From Macrostomum lignano (lineage: Eukaryota), in assembly GCA_002269645.1 (NCBI GenBank), contig NIVC01002934.1:65482-129481 (forward strand): 64,000 bases of DNA, written 5' to 3'. The notes beneath the pieces are model-generated. The model ran no database searches and was not told the DNA's origin. It saw nothing but the letters and a program-made list of their open reading frames with translations. A program made the translations under genes and the position numbers. This document shows, piece by piece, positions 20,806-35,700 of this stretch. Every line of letters starts with the position of its first letter. The first letter of the stretch is position 1.

Positions 20806-21809
20806 CAGGCTGGTACGTGCTAAAATGACAGATTATTAATCACCAAAAATGCATATTTTTTTATTACCGTAACTAAGGCGGTACAGCATCACTATAAGTG
20901 TGCAAGGTACTTCCAATAAGACGTCAAAGACACCTCATTAACGGTGATACAATGTTTATCTAGCCCTCGGGGCTCGTTGCTGCTGTTTTCCCGATCAAAA
21001 ATCGGTAGAACACCTTGCAGTTGGTAGCTTTTCCAGGAATCAGACTGCGGCAGATCGAATGGAAGGTTGAAGATTTCCGGTGTCTGGCAGTTGAACTGGA
21101 TCTGAATAGCCACACTATATAGGCTGCCAGATCTCATAACTTCAAGGCAGATTATGAGTTGGTAGCACCATTTAGATTCACAGTATTTTAGTACCTTTTT
21201 GGATCTGTTTGCAGCGCTTGAGATGCCAGTTTTGAGTTCTTGTCATTCAGTTTCTGTTGCTAAGGACTTGTAGGAGTCTCACTCAGTAGCCATTATATAT
21301 GAAGGCTTCCTTACGCCAAGGACGACTAGAGTAACATACATGTATATCGATCTACTTTAGTAGTCCTTGCGTCGCACGCATTCATGAATATTGAAGAAGT
21401 CAACTGCAGAAGGAATGCTTCGTCTACCCTCGAAGACATTTATAGTTGTCTTCTCCACGACTGTTGAATGCTACTCGTATAATGAATAAGCAACTGATAG
21501 TCTATGCTCGTATTTTTGCCACTTTTGCAACTACGGGTAGTGTTTTCGCGTAGCCCAGAAGCGAAAAGTTTCTAAGAACTAACAAGGTTGGCCTCGCGAC
21601 TGAGAGAGTAGAGAGAGTACATACCAGACGATGAGAAAGTCAGGGCCGCTGTACATCTTAAATGCCTGCGTACAGTATTGGCTCTTTAATTGTATGTGCT
21701 CAAGAATCAAGCGGAATTGGCAGAATTGTCTTCGCGCGCCCGCAGCCCTACTAAAATTATTATACATGTATATGTTATTGCTATACAGTTCTTGAAGATG
21801 CGTTTGCTA

Positions 21810-22110
21810 ATAGCCAGCCACCTCACTCCATTTATTCCTATTGACTGAAGCTATTATAATAGCCATCCACCTCACTCCATTCATTCCTATTGGCTGGAGC
21901 TATTATAACAGCCACCCACCTCACTCCATTCATTCCTATTGGCTGAAGCTATTATAATAGCCACCCACCTCACTCCATTCATTCCTATTGGCTGGAGCTA
22001 TTATAATAGCCACCCACCTCACTCCATTCATTCCTATTGGCTGAAGCTATTATAATAGCCACCCACCTCACTCCATTCACTGATCCTACTGGCTGAAACT
22101 GCTATACTAG
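21810..22110. repeat. 49-bp tandem repeat containing ATTGG and TATTATAA
   Basis: About 6 copies; same family as 23185-23790. Confidence 0.9.
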
Positions 22111-23184
22111 CCAGAGTCATTGACCTAGAGTCATTTCAGGGTAGTTGCAGGTAGCAAAGGTAAAATAGGAAAGAATTGTGACTCCAGACGACGCCTAAGA
22201 GTCAATTGGAGGCGTTTTTATTGTCTAAGATTCTGGGGCATTTATTAAATGACTCTAAATGGGCCGTAGTAGTCGCATCTGAGGCGTGCTAGCGTCGACT
22301 GTACGAGCGTAGAATGCACCGTCGAAAGCGCATCTGCGTCATCTCTAACAACTCAAAGTCTACTTGAGTTATTAGAAAGATAGCGCCAATACAACAACTC
22401 TTGAACGAAATTTTTGAGACTCTTATGCGCTCGTGACTCTCAACAGTCGCCTCTGCGTAGCATTACAGTCGTTTGAGTCGTTAAACAGCCAAAAAATCGG
22501 CTCAGAATCACTAGAGTTGTTTTCGACGACTTTAGCGATTCTTATCACGGTATACAACGTTTTCAACGGGGTATCGATAAGAGACCTATAGATATAGATA
22601 CTTTACCACACACATGGGTAGTCATACAGCATGGTTAGGCCTCAATGCAGTTAAATATTCTGAATAATGAGCAAAATAATAAACAAATACAAACTACAAA
22701 TTACTATGGTTTTATTTATACAAAGGGGACAGCATGTGACACACGGACACAAGCAAGCAGTTTAGGTTTATTAATTCAGATGCTGAAATTTCACCAGGAT
22801 TGGGCCAAAAAACGCAGCTCGAAATGGGAAAACTCAGAGCATATTTAATAATCAATATGCACTAATTATTACTCAGCATAAATACATAAAAAGCATTGTT
22901 AACAACAGGCAATAGATGAACAGAGTAACACGTTGGAATAAATTCTAAATAATTAGAAACTTACTTAGCCTAATCAAATGCTTGATGCTAGTAATGCTAG
23001 TCCTTAAGAGATTGACCTATTAAAACTCAATGCATGTACAAAACTCGTAAACATTAGTACTTAGAGTAGGTTTTACAGCGTTTTTATTCCTTATTATTAG
23101 AAAATAGGAAGATGACTACTTTTTAGACAGGATTACGGAGAGGGTATCATTTAATTTAAAAAATAACTTATCAAAGAGACCACA

Positions 23185-23790
23185 ACCCTCACTCCACTCA
23201 CTCTTATTGGCTGAACTGTTATAAATAGCCAACCACCTCACTCCACTCACTCCTATTGGCTGAAACTGTTATAAATAGCCAACCACCTCACTCCACTCAC
23301 TCCTATCGACTGAAACTGTTATAATAGCCAACCACCTCGCTCCACTTACTCCCTATTGACTAAAACTGCTATAATAGCCAACCACCTCACTCCACTCACT
23401 CCTATTGGCTGAACTGTTATAATAGCCAACCACCTCACTCCATTCACTCCTATTGGCTGAACTGTTATAATAGCCAACCACCTCGCTCCACTAACTCATA
23501 TTGGCTGAAATTTTATAAGAGCCACCCACCTTACTCCATTTACTCCTATTGGCTGAAACTGCTTATAATAGCCAACCACCCTATTCTATTCACTCCTATT
23601 GGCTGAAGCTATTATAATAGCCACCCACCTCACTCCATTTACTCCTATTGGCTGAAACTGCTTATAATAGCCAACCACCCCATTCTATTCACTCCTATTG
23701 GCTGAAGCTATTATAATAGCCACCCACCTCACTCCATTTACTCCTATTGGCTGAAACTGCTATAATAGCCAACCACCCCATTCTATTTCC
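23185..23790. repeat. ~48-50-bp tandem repeat (same family as 21810-22110)
   Basis: About 12 copies just downstream of the NUDT21 stop. Confidence 0.9.
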
Positions 23791-23843
23791 TCCTTGATAA
23801 AAGACAGAAAATATAAAACAAAGTAAAACTACTAGCTAGAGAA

Positions 23844-25343
<1,500 letters not shown>

Positions 25344-25633
25344 TTAGCTGGCAATCATGCAAGAAAACACAATTGGGTAATATTGTGTTTTTGATACATT
25401 AGATAGGGATCATGATCCCACTTCTTTGATCCCAAAATACAATCCTACAATTTTTTATCTAATCTACCTCATGTTGACTGCTATATAGACCACAGTGGAA
25501 ATCATACAAAGTATACAACAGAACAAAAATAACTTATCAAAATTTTATATCAACCAATGTATGCCAAGCTTCTTATAGCCAATATGACATACTAATTATT
25601 AATAGAAATATAGCATAGGGTGAGAATATAGGC

Positions 25634-26029
25634 CATAGTCAGCACGGTGGCCTATGCCAGAGAAAATTCTGGCACACAAAAGAAGTCCATGGTATACTTG
25701 GTGCACAAAAGCAGTGCACACTGCAGTCTCTAAAATATTTTATGCATAAAAATGTGTGGATGCATGCCAAGGGTCAAGCAAAAATGTGCCAAGGGGCCAC
25801 AGTTGCTGCAAGTTACATGACATTTTTAATGCATGCCACTGACAGAACATAGGGTCAAAAAAGGTCATTCAGTGCACCATGATACCAGAAACAAGGTTTT
25901 GTTATTTTTTCCAGCATTAAACCCTTGGCATACACTAATATACAATACAAACTATGGTGCACAAATGGCACACAGATCTTCTCTCAAAAAATTTTCTCTG
26001 GCACATACTGTGTTACTTTCCTGACTATG
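25634..26029. mobile_element. Putative MITE with imperfect TIRs
   Basis: CATAGTCAG...GCCAGAGAAAATT at the left, AATTTTCTCTGGC...CTGACTATG at the right; no coding capacity. Confidence 0.5.
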
Positions 26030-26179
26030 GGATATAGGGCATATATAGGAGAGGTATCTGGTACTACAATATTAGAATTTTATTTGTCATTACAATATTA
26101 GTAGTAAGGCTATCATTGCCTATTTAAATTTATTATTTTAAAATTAAATTTTACACTCTATGCGCAACTTATGCTTTTC

Positions 26180-26470
26180 CTAGTACCTGATTGCAGCGCA
26201 TGGGCATTTTGGCGGACGGCGTCCGGCGCGGATCTAATACAGTGCGGCGCGGCACATACGGTGCGCAGCGATTAGTACGGCGCGGCGCGGAACTAATTAG
26301 ATGCCGAGGCTTTTAAGCTTGATAAGACAGTCATAGTTACTCCTGCCGTTTACCCAAAACTGCGTTAATTTTGCTTTAGGGTTTCTTTCACAGGTAAGTC
26401 ATTTCACAGCGTGGCGCAGGTTGTGTAGGCGTCTGGCGTACTTAAGCCATGCGCTGCAATAGGGTCCTAG
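26180..26470. mobile_element. MITE-like element with 24-bp imperfect TIRs carrying a 28S rRNA-like motif
   Basis: Left CTAGTACCTGATTGCAGCGCATGG, right CCATGCGCTGCAATAGGGTCCTAG. Internal 26323-26355 (minus) = GGGTAAACGGCAGGAGTAACTATGACTGTCTTA. Related degenerate copy near 52973. Confidence 0.65.
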
Positions 26471-27329
26471 TATAATATTTTTTGCATTATTAGACTTTCA
26501 TTTCACTAGAAGGCCTTATCAATAGAAAAGTTGTCCATTGGAGAGTCCAACCAATGAAACTGACTCTATTATCTATGCTTATATTGTCTAATTGATAAGC
26601 CCCTAGGACTTCTTATTTTACCACTTAGATCTATTATTTAGCAAGCAGACTCCTACTTTTTTGCTAGGCCTATATTCAAAATCCCTATGTCTATTGCCTA
26701 AGCATACTTATTTCTAAAGCTAGAATATTTCCTTTATTGCAAAGAGCCTTATCTTAGTAATTTTTATTTTATTTTGCTTTTTTGCTTTAGTTTTATTTAG
26801 GCCTACCATATATAAATTATTTATCCTATAAAAACTATAGGCCTATAGTAAAGCCAAGGGAAAATATTTGCCTTGTTTTCTATTTTTGCATTTAGGCCTA
26901 GGACTAATACTTAATACTAAAACTAGTATGTTGTTTGTATATGTGCTTTATAACTCCTCTTAAAATACTGCCAAGTCAACATTGAAACTTATATGGGAAA
27001 ACTACAATTTTTTATATAGCTATTATACTAATTATACTATTTATTTTGTTCAACTTTTCATGCTATTAGTAACTTTTTCATGCTATTAGTAACTTTTTCA
27101 TGCTATTAGTAACTTTTTCATGCTATTAATAACTTTTTCATGCTATTAGTATCTTAAACTAGGTAACTAGGCTCTATCTATGCTTACCTTGTAGGCTAGG
27201 ATCAAACAAATTGAACAACTAAGCATAGCATTTAATCTAATAAATAGACCTATTTGTTAAATCATTGTTAAGCTATTAGGCTAAAGCCATAGGCGGCAAG
27301 TAGGCCTACCTTTGTCTTACGTTCTTTTC

Positions 27330-27700
27330 CCTTTTCTTTGCCTGCGGTGCCAAAATAAATGCCTGTGGCACCAAAATGAGTACATACAATACAACACCAA
27401 AATGAGTGCCTGCAGTGCCAAAATGACTGCTTGCAGTGCCAAAATAAGTGCCTGCATGTGGTGCCAAATTAGTGCCTAAATGTGGCAGCAGCAGCATGGC
27501 GCCAAAATAAGTGCCTACCTATGGCATCAAAATGAGTGCCTGCAATGCCAAAATGAGTGCTTGTGGTGCCAAAATAAGTGTGTATAATGACAAAATGAGT
27601 GCCCATAGTGCCAAGTGGCAATGGCATAAGGCATGGCCAGCCAGGCCAACCTGCCCCCCCCCCCCAATTGAAATTCCTGGCTATGCCACTGGTGGCAGGG
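27330..27700. repeat. Degenerate gccaaaatgagtgcct array ending in a CAGTGGCATAGCCAGG-type terminus (minus)
   Basis: Same core as 48720-49200; probably the interior of a non-autonomous element. Confidence 0.6.
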
Positions 27701-29722
27701 CAGCTTTACACTACTCATAATCATAGTCATAGTAAAAAACAAAAATCGGCACAATCCACATTTTGATATCTAAATACCTAAACAATGCTTTACTATAATA
27801 TCTACCTTTTTGGAATTAAAGACATAGGCCTAGTAAAGTTAGTAAACAAAGTTTCAAAGTGATCCAATATAGTCATATAGAAGATTGCATTATATTTTCT
27901 GAGTCTGATACATTAGGCCCTACACAAATGACACACTACACTGCACAAATTCAAGTACTGACAATGAATAATCCCTTTTTAAAAAATGATATTTTGGTTT
28001 TCCCTTACTCAACAAATAAAAATATTGTAATGTGATTTACGTCATGCCTACGCTTTGTTTCCAACATTCATCATAACCCACGCTGCATAGCTTCTACCAT
28101 TAAGATTAGGCCTAGATGTTCAAGTGGTCACGATGGTCACAAATCGACCGCCCGCCACAACTTAAACACGAGCCTGCGCTTTTTTGTACGAAGTTGTCCG
28201 GTGTTTACAGATTAGAACGATAACTAGGATGTTCCTTATGCTATACTTTTTTATTTAATATTTCAAAATTTTATCCTTGCTTATTTACTTTTGCTTAGAA
28301 AAAAATCGAAATGTACTATAAGTATAAAAACAACGTAAATCTTTATATTATCTAGCTGTGGCCTGTCATCAGCAAGCCTTAAAGACAGCCCAGCTTATCA
28401 CTTAGCAGTTGTAGTAGGCCTAAGTGCTACATTGGCACCTATTCATGAAGGTTAATAATTAAGGTTAATGTTACAATTCTAGAATATAGAAAGCAACTTC
28501 ATATCGTATTAGCCGTATGAAAAATCCTGAAATCTGAACAGAAAGTTTTCGAAAATTTAAAACTTTCAAAATACATTTGTTACTTGTATGATTTACATTA
28601 CAGGCTAAAGACCTGTCGGCCCGTCTGTCACGCATAGACTCAGTGGACTGTGTATATAATTTCTTGATAAATTTGCTAAACGCTTTTAGAATTATCTAGA
28701 TAGGCCAAGGACAAGACATTAGCACTTAGCAGTGAGCGTAAGCACCAACCCACCAAGTTGGCAAGTTGCAAATCCATTCCTAAGTTCCTAGGCCTTATTG
28801 GTACTGGTAGGCCTAGTCCTATACTGTATAGGCCTATGCCTAGTAGCCTAGGCTCAGTTCTTTTGTCTAAAATTCACTAAAACAGATAAAAGGCCTAGGC
28901 CTAGTACTATTAAGATTCAATTTAAAAAGCATATTCTATCCAATCAATCAATATATCTAGAGATTAGGTCCCCTGATTCCCTGAAGAAATCAGACAAAGT
29001 TAGATAAGTGGCCTATTAATTGTGCCTTTTTGTCTTCTTAGGCCCCTAAGGTTGCACCCTTTAAATAACCAATTATTATAAATTATATTGTCTAATACCC
29101 TAACAAAGGCCAATAGTATAAATAATTATAGGCTGATTAATAATTATCAAATATAGGCCTAAGCTATAGAGGGCCTAGATTAATTGCCCTGTAAAGACAG
29201 TAATCTGCAGCTTATAAATTAGGGCCTAGGCTTCAATAGGCCTATTAATAATTTTAAAACGAATCTAGTATTGTAATTACTATAATTTATACTTAGTCAA
29301 AGCCTATTATTTCTGTAAAGCCTAAACTGCTAAAGGCTTCTTCATAACTAGGCTTAATTAATACTAATAACAAATTAGGCCTAATATTTCGTTAAAATCA
29401 AACAACTAATTAAATCCAAAATACAAATTTAAAGTCTATTTAGCAGTTTTTAAATAATAAAAAAGGTTAATTTTACTCTATAAATTATAAATTACATACA
29501 ATTAAATGTCTCTACTTTAATAGTTTGATTTATTCTAAGTAAGCAAAGAAGTTGAAAAATAATCTAAGTTCTAAAGGCTTATCACTTAATATTTTAATTA
29601 AAGATATTTAAAACAATGGTTAGATATTGAAAATAATCTTATAAAAAATATTTTTTTTAAAAAGAAATTAGTAAAGTAAATATTTTACTTTAAAAAACAT
29701 TTAGTCTAAACAATCTATAAAA

Positions 29723-32700
29723 ATGCATATTGCAAACATTGAAAGCTTTAAAGCTTGGCTCATTACAAGTATTCAGCCAATGTAAGTTTCTTTATTCAAT
29801 TCAATTTTGATAATTTTCAGTAAATGTATAGATATAGCTTTGCAAAAACTTCATTTTTCAATTTTAGATGTGATGCTGATCCTTACCCTTTGTCCAAGTA
29901 TGTCTTGGCTCTGTTAAAAAAGGACAAGGATGAAAAAGAGCTTAAAAGTATCTGCAATGACCAGTTGGATGTTTTCTTTCAAGAAAGTAAGTTGGATTTT
30001 TTGTTTGTAAATAATCAGTTAATTTATATTGCAACAGAGTTTAAATTTATTCATCCCATTTGCATTGTCCAGACACTCTTGAATTCGTGGAGAAACTCTT
30101 TCAAGTGCTCAAAGATGAGAGCTACTTGAAGGTGTCTGCGCCTGCTCCAACCCCAGCGAGTGTTACTCCAGCCTCCACTGCTTCTCAGTCTGCTCCATCA
30201 TCTGTCAGTGCAGCAAGCAGTCAGCAGCAGCAGCAACAGAAGCCCCAGCCGCCGCCTGCAGCAGCGCAGAAGCGCAAAGCCTCCACATCTGGCGATTCCG
30301 AAACTGCAGCATCCGCCAGCAATGACAAGCAGCAGTCGCAGCCGTCGGAGTCAAAAATTTCCCGAGTGTCTGCGGGTGCCAAGCAGCAGCAGCAGCAGCC
30401 GCCTCATGCCGCGGCTCAGCAGACTCCGCCAAAAGATTTGCGAAGCACCATCAATGCTAGGGCAGGAAACTCTTCTGCAGCCTCTTCTACTAGGCAGCAG
30501 CATCATCAGAAGCACCAGGGCTTGCAGCAGTTGACGCAGCACCAGCGGCACCCGGCTCAGGTCCCGATGGTGTCAGCCCAGGGCTATCAGCATCACGGCC
30601 AGCCTCCCATGCCGTTCCTGCCGCCGCCTCTGCCGCCGCCGCCGCAGCATCAGATGATTCAGCCGATGCCGCCAGTGTCCACTGGTCCGGGCTTCTATCC
30701 GCAACAGTCCATGCCGATGATGCTGCCGCCCCAACCGCCGCTAACGCACCAGCAGCAGCGTCTGCGTTGTCGCGATTTCGACGAGAAAGGTGTCTGCATG
30801 CTGGGCGCGGCCTGTCCGTACGACCACGGCGCCCATCCGATGACTTTTCCGCCTGGCGATCCCAACTATGGCAAATATTTTCCCGGAATTATGCAGCCGC
30901 CGCAGTCTCAGCTGCCGCCTAATCAGATGATGTCTGGCCAGGGTCTTTCCACTGGTGCTATGATGGTGCGATACTCAAAAAAATCTTTTTTTATCGCCTC
31001 AATGGGAGTTTGTTTTCAAGGGGTGGCAGCTCCCACCTGAAGGATCTGGGGAGACAGGGAGTGGCAGCTCCCACCTGAAGGATCTGAGGAGGGAGGGGGT
31101 GGCAGCTCCCACCTGAAGGATCTGAGGAGGGAGGGGGTGGCAGCTCCCACCTGAAGGATCTGGGGAGACAGGGAGTGGCAGCTCCCACCTGAAGGATCTG
31201 GAGAGAGAGGAAGTGGCAGCTCCCACCTGAAGGATCTGGGGAGAGGGAGTGGCAGCTCTCACCTGAAGGATCTGGAGAGAGAGGAAGTGGCAGCTCCCAC
31301 CTGAAGGATCTGAGGGAGGGAGTGGCAGCTCCCACCTGAAGGATCTGAGGAGGGGGTGGCAGCTCCCACCTGGAGGATCTGTGGAGGGGGTGGCAGCTTT
31401 CACCTGAAGGATCTGAGGAGAGGGGTGGCAGCTCCCACCTGAAGGATCTGAGGAGGGGGTGGCAGCTCCCACCTGAAGGATCTGAGGAGGGAGGGGGTGG
31501 CAGCTCCCACCTGAAGGATCTGAGGAGGGAGGGGGTGGCAGCTCCCACCTGAAGGATCTGAGGAGGGAGGGGGTGGCAGCTCCCACCTGAAGGATCTGGG
31601 AAGACGGAGTGGCAGCTCCCACCTGAAGGATCTGGGGAGAGAGGGAGTGGCAGCTCACACCTGAAGGATCTGAGGGAGGGAGTGGCAGCTCCCACCTGAA
31701 GGATCTGGGGAGAGGGAGTGGCAGCTCCCACCTGAAGGATCTGAGGAGGGAGGGGGTGGCAGCTCCCACCTGAAGGATCTGAGGAGGGAGGGGGTGGCAG
31801 CTCCCACCTGAAGGATCTGGGAAGACGGAGTGGCAGCTCCCACCTGAAGGATCTGGGGAGAGAGGGAGTGGCAGCTCACACCTGAAGGATCTGAGGGAGG
31901 GAGTGGCAGCTCCCACCTGAAGGATCTGGGGAGAGGGAGTGGCAGCTCCCACCTGAAGGATCTGGAGAGAGAGGAAGTGGCAGCTCCCACCTGAAGGATC
32001 TGAGGAGGGAGGGGGTGGCAGCTCCCACCTGAAGGATCTGAGGAGGGAGGGGGTGGCAGCTCCCACCTGAAGGATCTGGAGAGAGAGGAAGTGGCAGCTC
32101 CCACCTGAAGGATCTGAGGGAGGGAGTGGCAGCTCCCACCTGAAGGATCTGAGGAGGGGGGTGGCAGCTCCCACCTGGAGGATCTGTGGAGGGGGGTGGC
32201 AGCTTTCACCTGAAGGATCTGAGGAGAGGGGTGGCAGCTCCCACCTGAAGGATCTGAGGAGGGGGGTGGCAGCTCCCACCTGAAGGATCTGAGGAGGGAG
32301 GGGGTGGCAGCTCCCACCTGAAGGATCTGAGGAGGGAGGGGGTGGCAGCTCCCACCTGAAGGATCTGAGGAGGGAGGGGGTGGCAGCTCCCACCTGAAGG
32401 ATCTGGGGGGGGGGAGTGGCAGCTCCCACCTGAAGGATCTGGGGGGGGGAGTGGCAGCTCCCACCTGAAGGATCTGAGGAGAGGGGTGGCAGCTCCCACC
32501 TGAAGGATCTGGAGATAGAGGAAGTGGCAGCTCCCACCTGAAGGATCTGAGGGAGGGAGTGGCAGCTCCCACCTGAAGGATCTGAGGAGGGGGGTGGCAG
32601 CTCCCACCTGGAGGATCTGTGGAGGGGGGTGGCAGCTTTCACCTGAAGGATCTGAGGAAAGGGGTGGCAGCTCCCACCTGAAGGATCTGAGGAGGGGGGT

Positions 32701-35700
32701 GGCAGCTCCCACCTGAAGGATCTGAGGAGGGAGGGGGTGGCAGCTCCCACCTGAAGGATCTGAGGAGGGAGGGGGTGGCAGCTCCCACCTGAAGGATCTG
32801 AGGAGGGAGGGGGTGGCAGCTCCCACCTGAAGGATCTGGGAAGACGGAGTGGCAGCTCCCACCTGAAGGATCTGAGGAGGGGGGTGGCAGCTCCCACCTG
32901 AAGGATCTGAGGAGGGAGGGGGTGGCAGCTCCCACCTGAAGGATCTGAGGAGGGAGGGGGTGGCAGCTCCCACCTGAAGGATCTGGGAAGACGGAGTGGC
33001 AGCTCCCACCTGAAGGATCTGGGAAGACGGAGTGGCAGCTCCCACCTGAAGGATCTGGGAAGACGGAGTGGCAGCTCCCACCTGAAGGATCTGGGGAGAG
33101 ACGGAGTGGCAGCTCCCACCTGAAGGATCTGGGGAGAGGGAGTGGCAGCTCCCACCTGAAGGATCTGGGGAGGGAGTGGCAGCTCCCACCTGAAGGATCT
33201 GAGGAGGGAGGGGGTGGCAGCTCCCACCTGAAGGATCTGAGGAGGGAGGGGGTGGCAGCTCCCACCTGAAGGATCTGGGGGGGGAGTGGCAGCTCCCACC
33301 TGAAGGATCTGGGGGGGGAGTGGTAGCTCCCACCTGAAGGATCTGAGGAGAGGGGTGGCAGCTCCCACCTGAAGGATCTGGAGATAGAGGAAGTGGCAGC
33401 TCCCACCTGAAGGATCTGGGAAGACGGAGTGGCAGCTCCCACCTGAAGGATCTGGGAAGACGGAGTGGCAGCTCCCACCTGAAGGATCTGGGGAGAGACG
33501 GAGTGGCAGCTCCCACCTGAAGGATCTGGGGAGAGGGAGTGGCAGCTCCCACCTGAAGGATCTGGGGAGGGAGTGGCAGCTCCCACCTGAAGGATCTGAG
33601 GAGGGAGGGGGTGGCAGCTCCCACCTGAAGGATCTGAGGAGGGAGGGGTGGCAGCTCCCACCTGAAGGATCTGGGGGGGAGTGGCAGCTCCCACCTGAAG
33701 GATCTGGGGGGGGAGTGGCAGCTCCCACCTGAAGGATCTGAGGAGAGGGGTGGCAGCTCCCACCTGAAGGATCTGGAGATAGAGGAAGTGGCAGCTCCCA
33801 CCTGAAGGATCTGGAGATAGAGGAAGTGGCAGCTCCCACCTGAAGGATCTGAGGAGGGAGGCGGTGGCAGCTCCCACCTGAAGGGTCTGGGGAGACAGGG
33901 AGTGGCAGCTCCCACCTGAAGGATCTGGAGAGAGAGGAAGTGGCAGCTCCCACCTGAAGGATCTGGAGAGGGGGTGGCAGCTCCCATCTGAAGGATCTGA
34001 GGAGGGAGTGGCAGCTCCCACCTGAAGGATCTGAGGAGGGAGGGGGTGGCAGCTCCCACCTGAAGGATCTGAGGAGGGAGGGGGTGGCAGCTCCCACCTG
34101 AAGAATCTGGGGGGAGTGGCAGCTCCCACCTGAAGTGGAGTTGTCAAGACGCTTGTCAAGCTGCTAAATTATCAGTCAGTAGGTATATCTAAGTCGCTTT
34201 TTATCCTCCTTAATCGCTAATCAGGTGACGGCACCAAGCCAGCCAATCAGCGCGCAGCCAACAATGGTTAGCCAGCAGCAGCATCAGCAGGCTCTTCATA
34301 ACAATCGCCAGCAGCAGCAGCAACAGACTCAACTTACCCGGTCTCAGCCAGCAGATGAAGCCTCACAAGCTACGTCAACGCAGCCGCAAAGAATTGTCCA
34401 GCCGCCGCCGCCGTTGCCGCAGGCGCCGCAGCAGCCTCAATCAGCTGTAGTTACCGTGGTCGCTAGCGACCCACCATCTACCGGGAATAACAGTAGCAAT
34501 CGAGCATTCCAACAGCAGCAGCAGTCAGTTCAATCCTGTACACTGGAGCTGCGCAAGGTGCCAGCATCGTTAAACAATGCAGACTCTCTGTTGGAGCATT
34601 TCTGCAAATTTGGCACAGTAATTGATATTGATGTTGGCGGCTGCGGCACGCCCGACTCTGCTAAGATTACATTCGCTAATGCGGCCGACGCTGTTGCCGC
34701 TTATAGAAGCCCCGAGGCGGTGCTTAATAATAGATTCATCCGGCTGTTCCTACCTGGCGGAGGGCCCAGGCAGTCGGCTAAAGACAGGCTGGGGAATCGG
34801 CAGCAGCAGAATAGGTTTGTTGTTTTTTATGACTCATTTATTGGCTATTGGGCTATTCATGATGGGAGTCCTCAATAACCTTAGCGCGGAGTCTCGCTGG
34901 CCGTGTCGTGGGGAGCCTCATGTCCACAGCGTCGGAAGCCTCGACGGTGCAGCAGTAGGTGGGGAGCCTTAATAATCATGGAGTGGGCAGCCTCAATGAC
35001 CCATTTGTAAGGACCGTCAATGATCATGGCGTAGGGAGCCTCAATGACCATGGAGTTGGAAGCCTCACTGACCATGTCGTGGGCCTCATGATCGTTATCC
35101 TCATGACCATAGTGCCGGGAGCCTCAATGGTCTTGGCGTGGGGAGCCGAGCGTGGCTTCGTGAGCCTCAATGATCTTGACGTATGGAGCCTCAATGATCT
35201 TGGCGTATGGAGCCTCAATGGCCTTAGCGTATGGAGCCTCAATGATCTTGGCGTATGGAGCCTCAATGGCCTTAGCATATGGAGCCTCAATAATCTTAGC
35301 GTATGAAGCCTCAATGATCTTGGCGTATGGAGCCTCAATGAGCGTGGCGTCGGGAGCCTCAGTGGCCATGGTGTGGGGAGCCTCAATGACTATGGTGTGA
35401 ACCCATGTGCATACGAAATGTAACCTAAATGTTTGGGTTTTTATCATTTAAAGTAATTTGCATAATTTTGATTTTTGAGGAACCGACTTTACTTTCTCTA
35501 ACAGGCGCCAATCAAATCCTCGCCGAACTTCAACTGGTGGCGACGGAAGCGAGTCTGGCGACGCCACGGACGCAGGGTCGGCCGCCGCTGCCGATTCTGC
35601 CGGAGCACCGCCGTCAAGAGCGTCGCTGACGTGGACGCCGCACAGCGCCGAGGCGGCGGCCAAAGCGGCGGAAGCCGCTGCCACTGCGGCTGCCGAAAGA

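Noticed and set aside
20325-20839. Cys-rich (CVKTCETQSQ)n ORF
   Set aside because: 30-bp minisatellite, open on both strands by construction, with no unique flanking coding sequence.
20892-21137. Minus-strand 81-aa ORF as a transposase or gene fragment
   Set aside because: No recognisable motif in any frame.
26323-26355. 28S rRNA gene
   Set aside because: Only 33 nt match and the flanks are not rRNA; treated as part of a MITE.
31020-34135. CRISPR-like look (constant repeat plus variable spacer) and ORFs up to 1032 aa
   Set aside because: Spacers are short, purine-only and reused, the array is an intron of a eukaryotic gene, and there are no cas genes. The ORFs are stop-free readings of the repeat.
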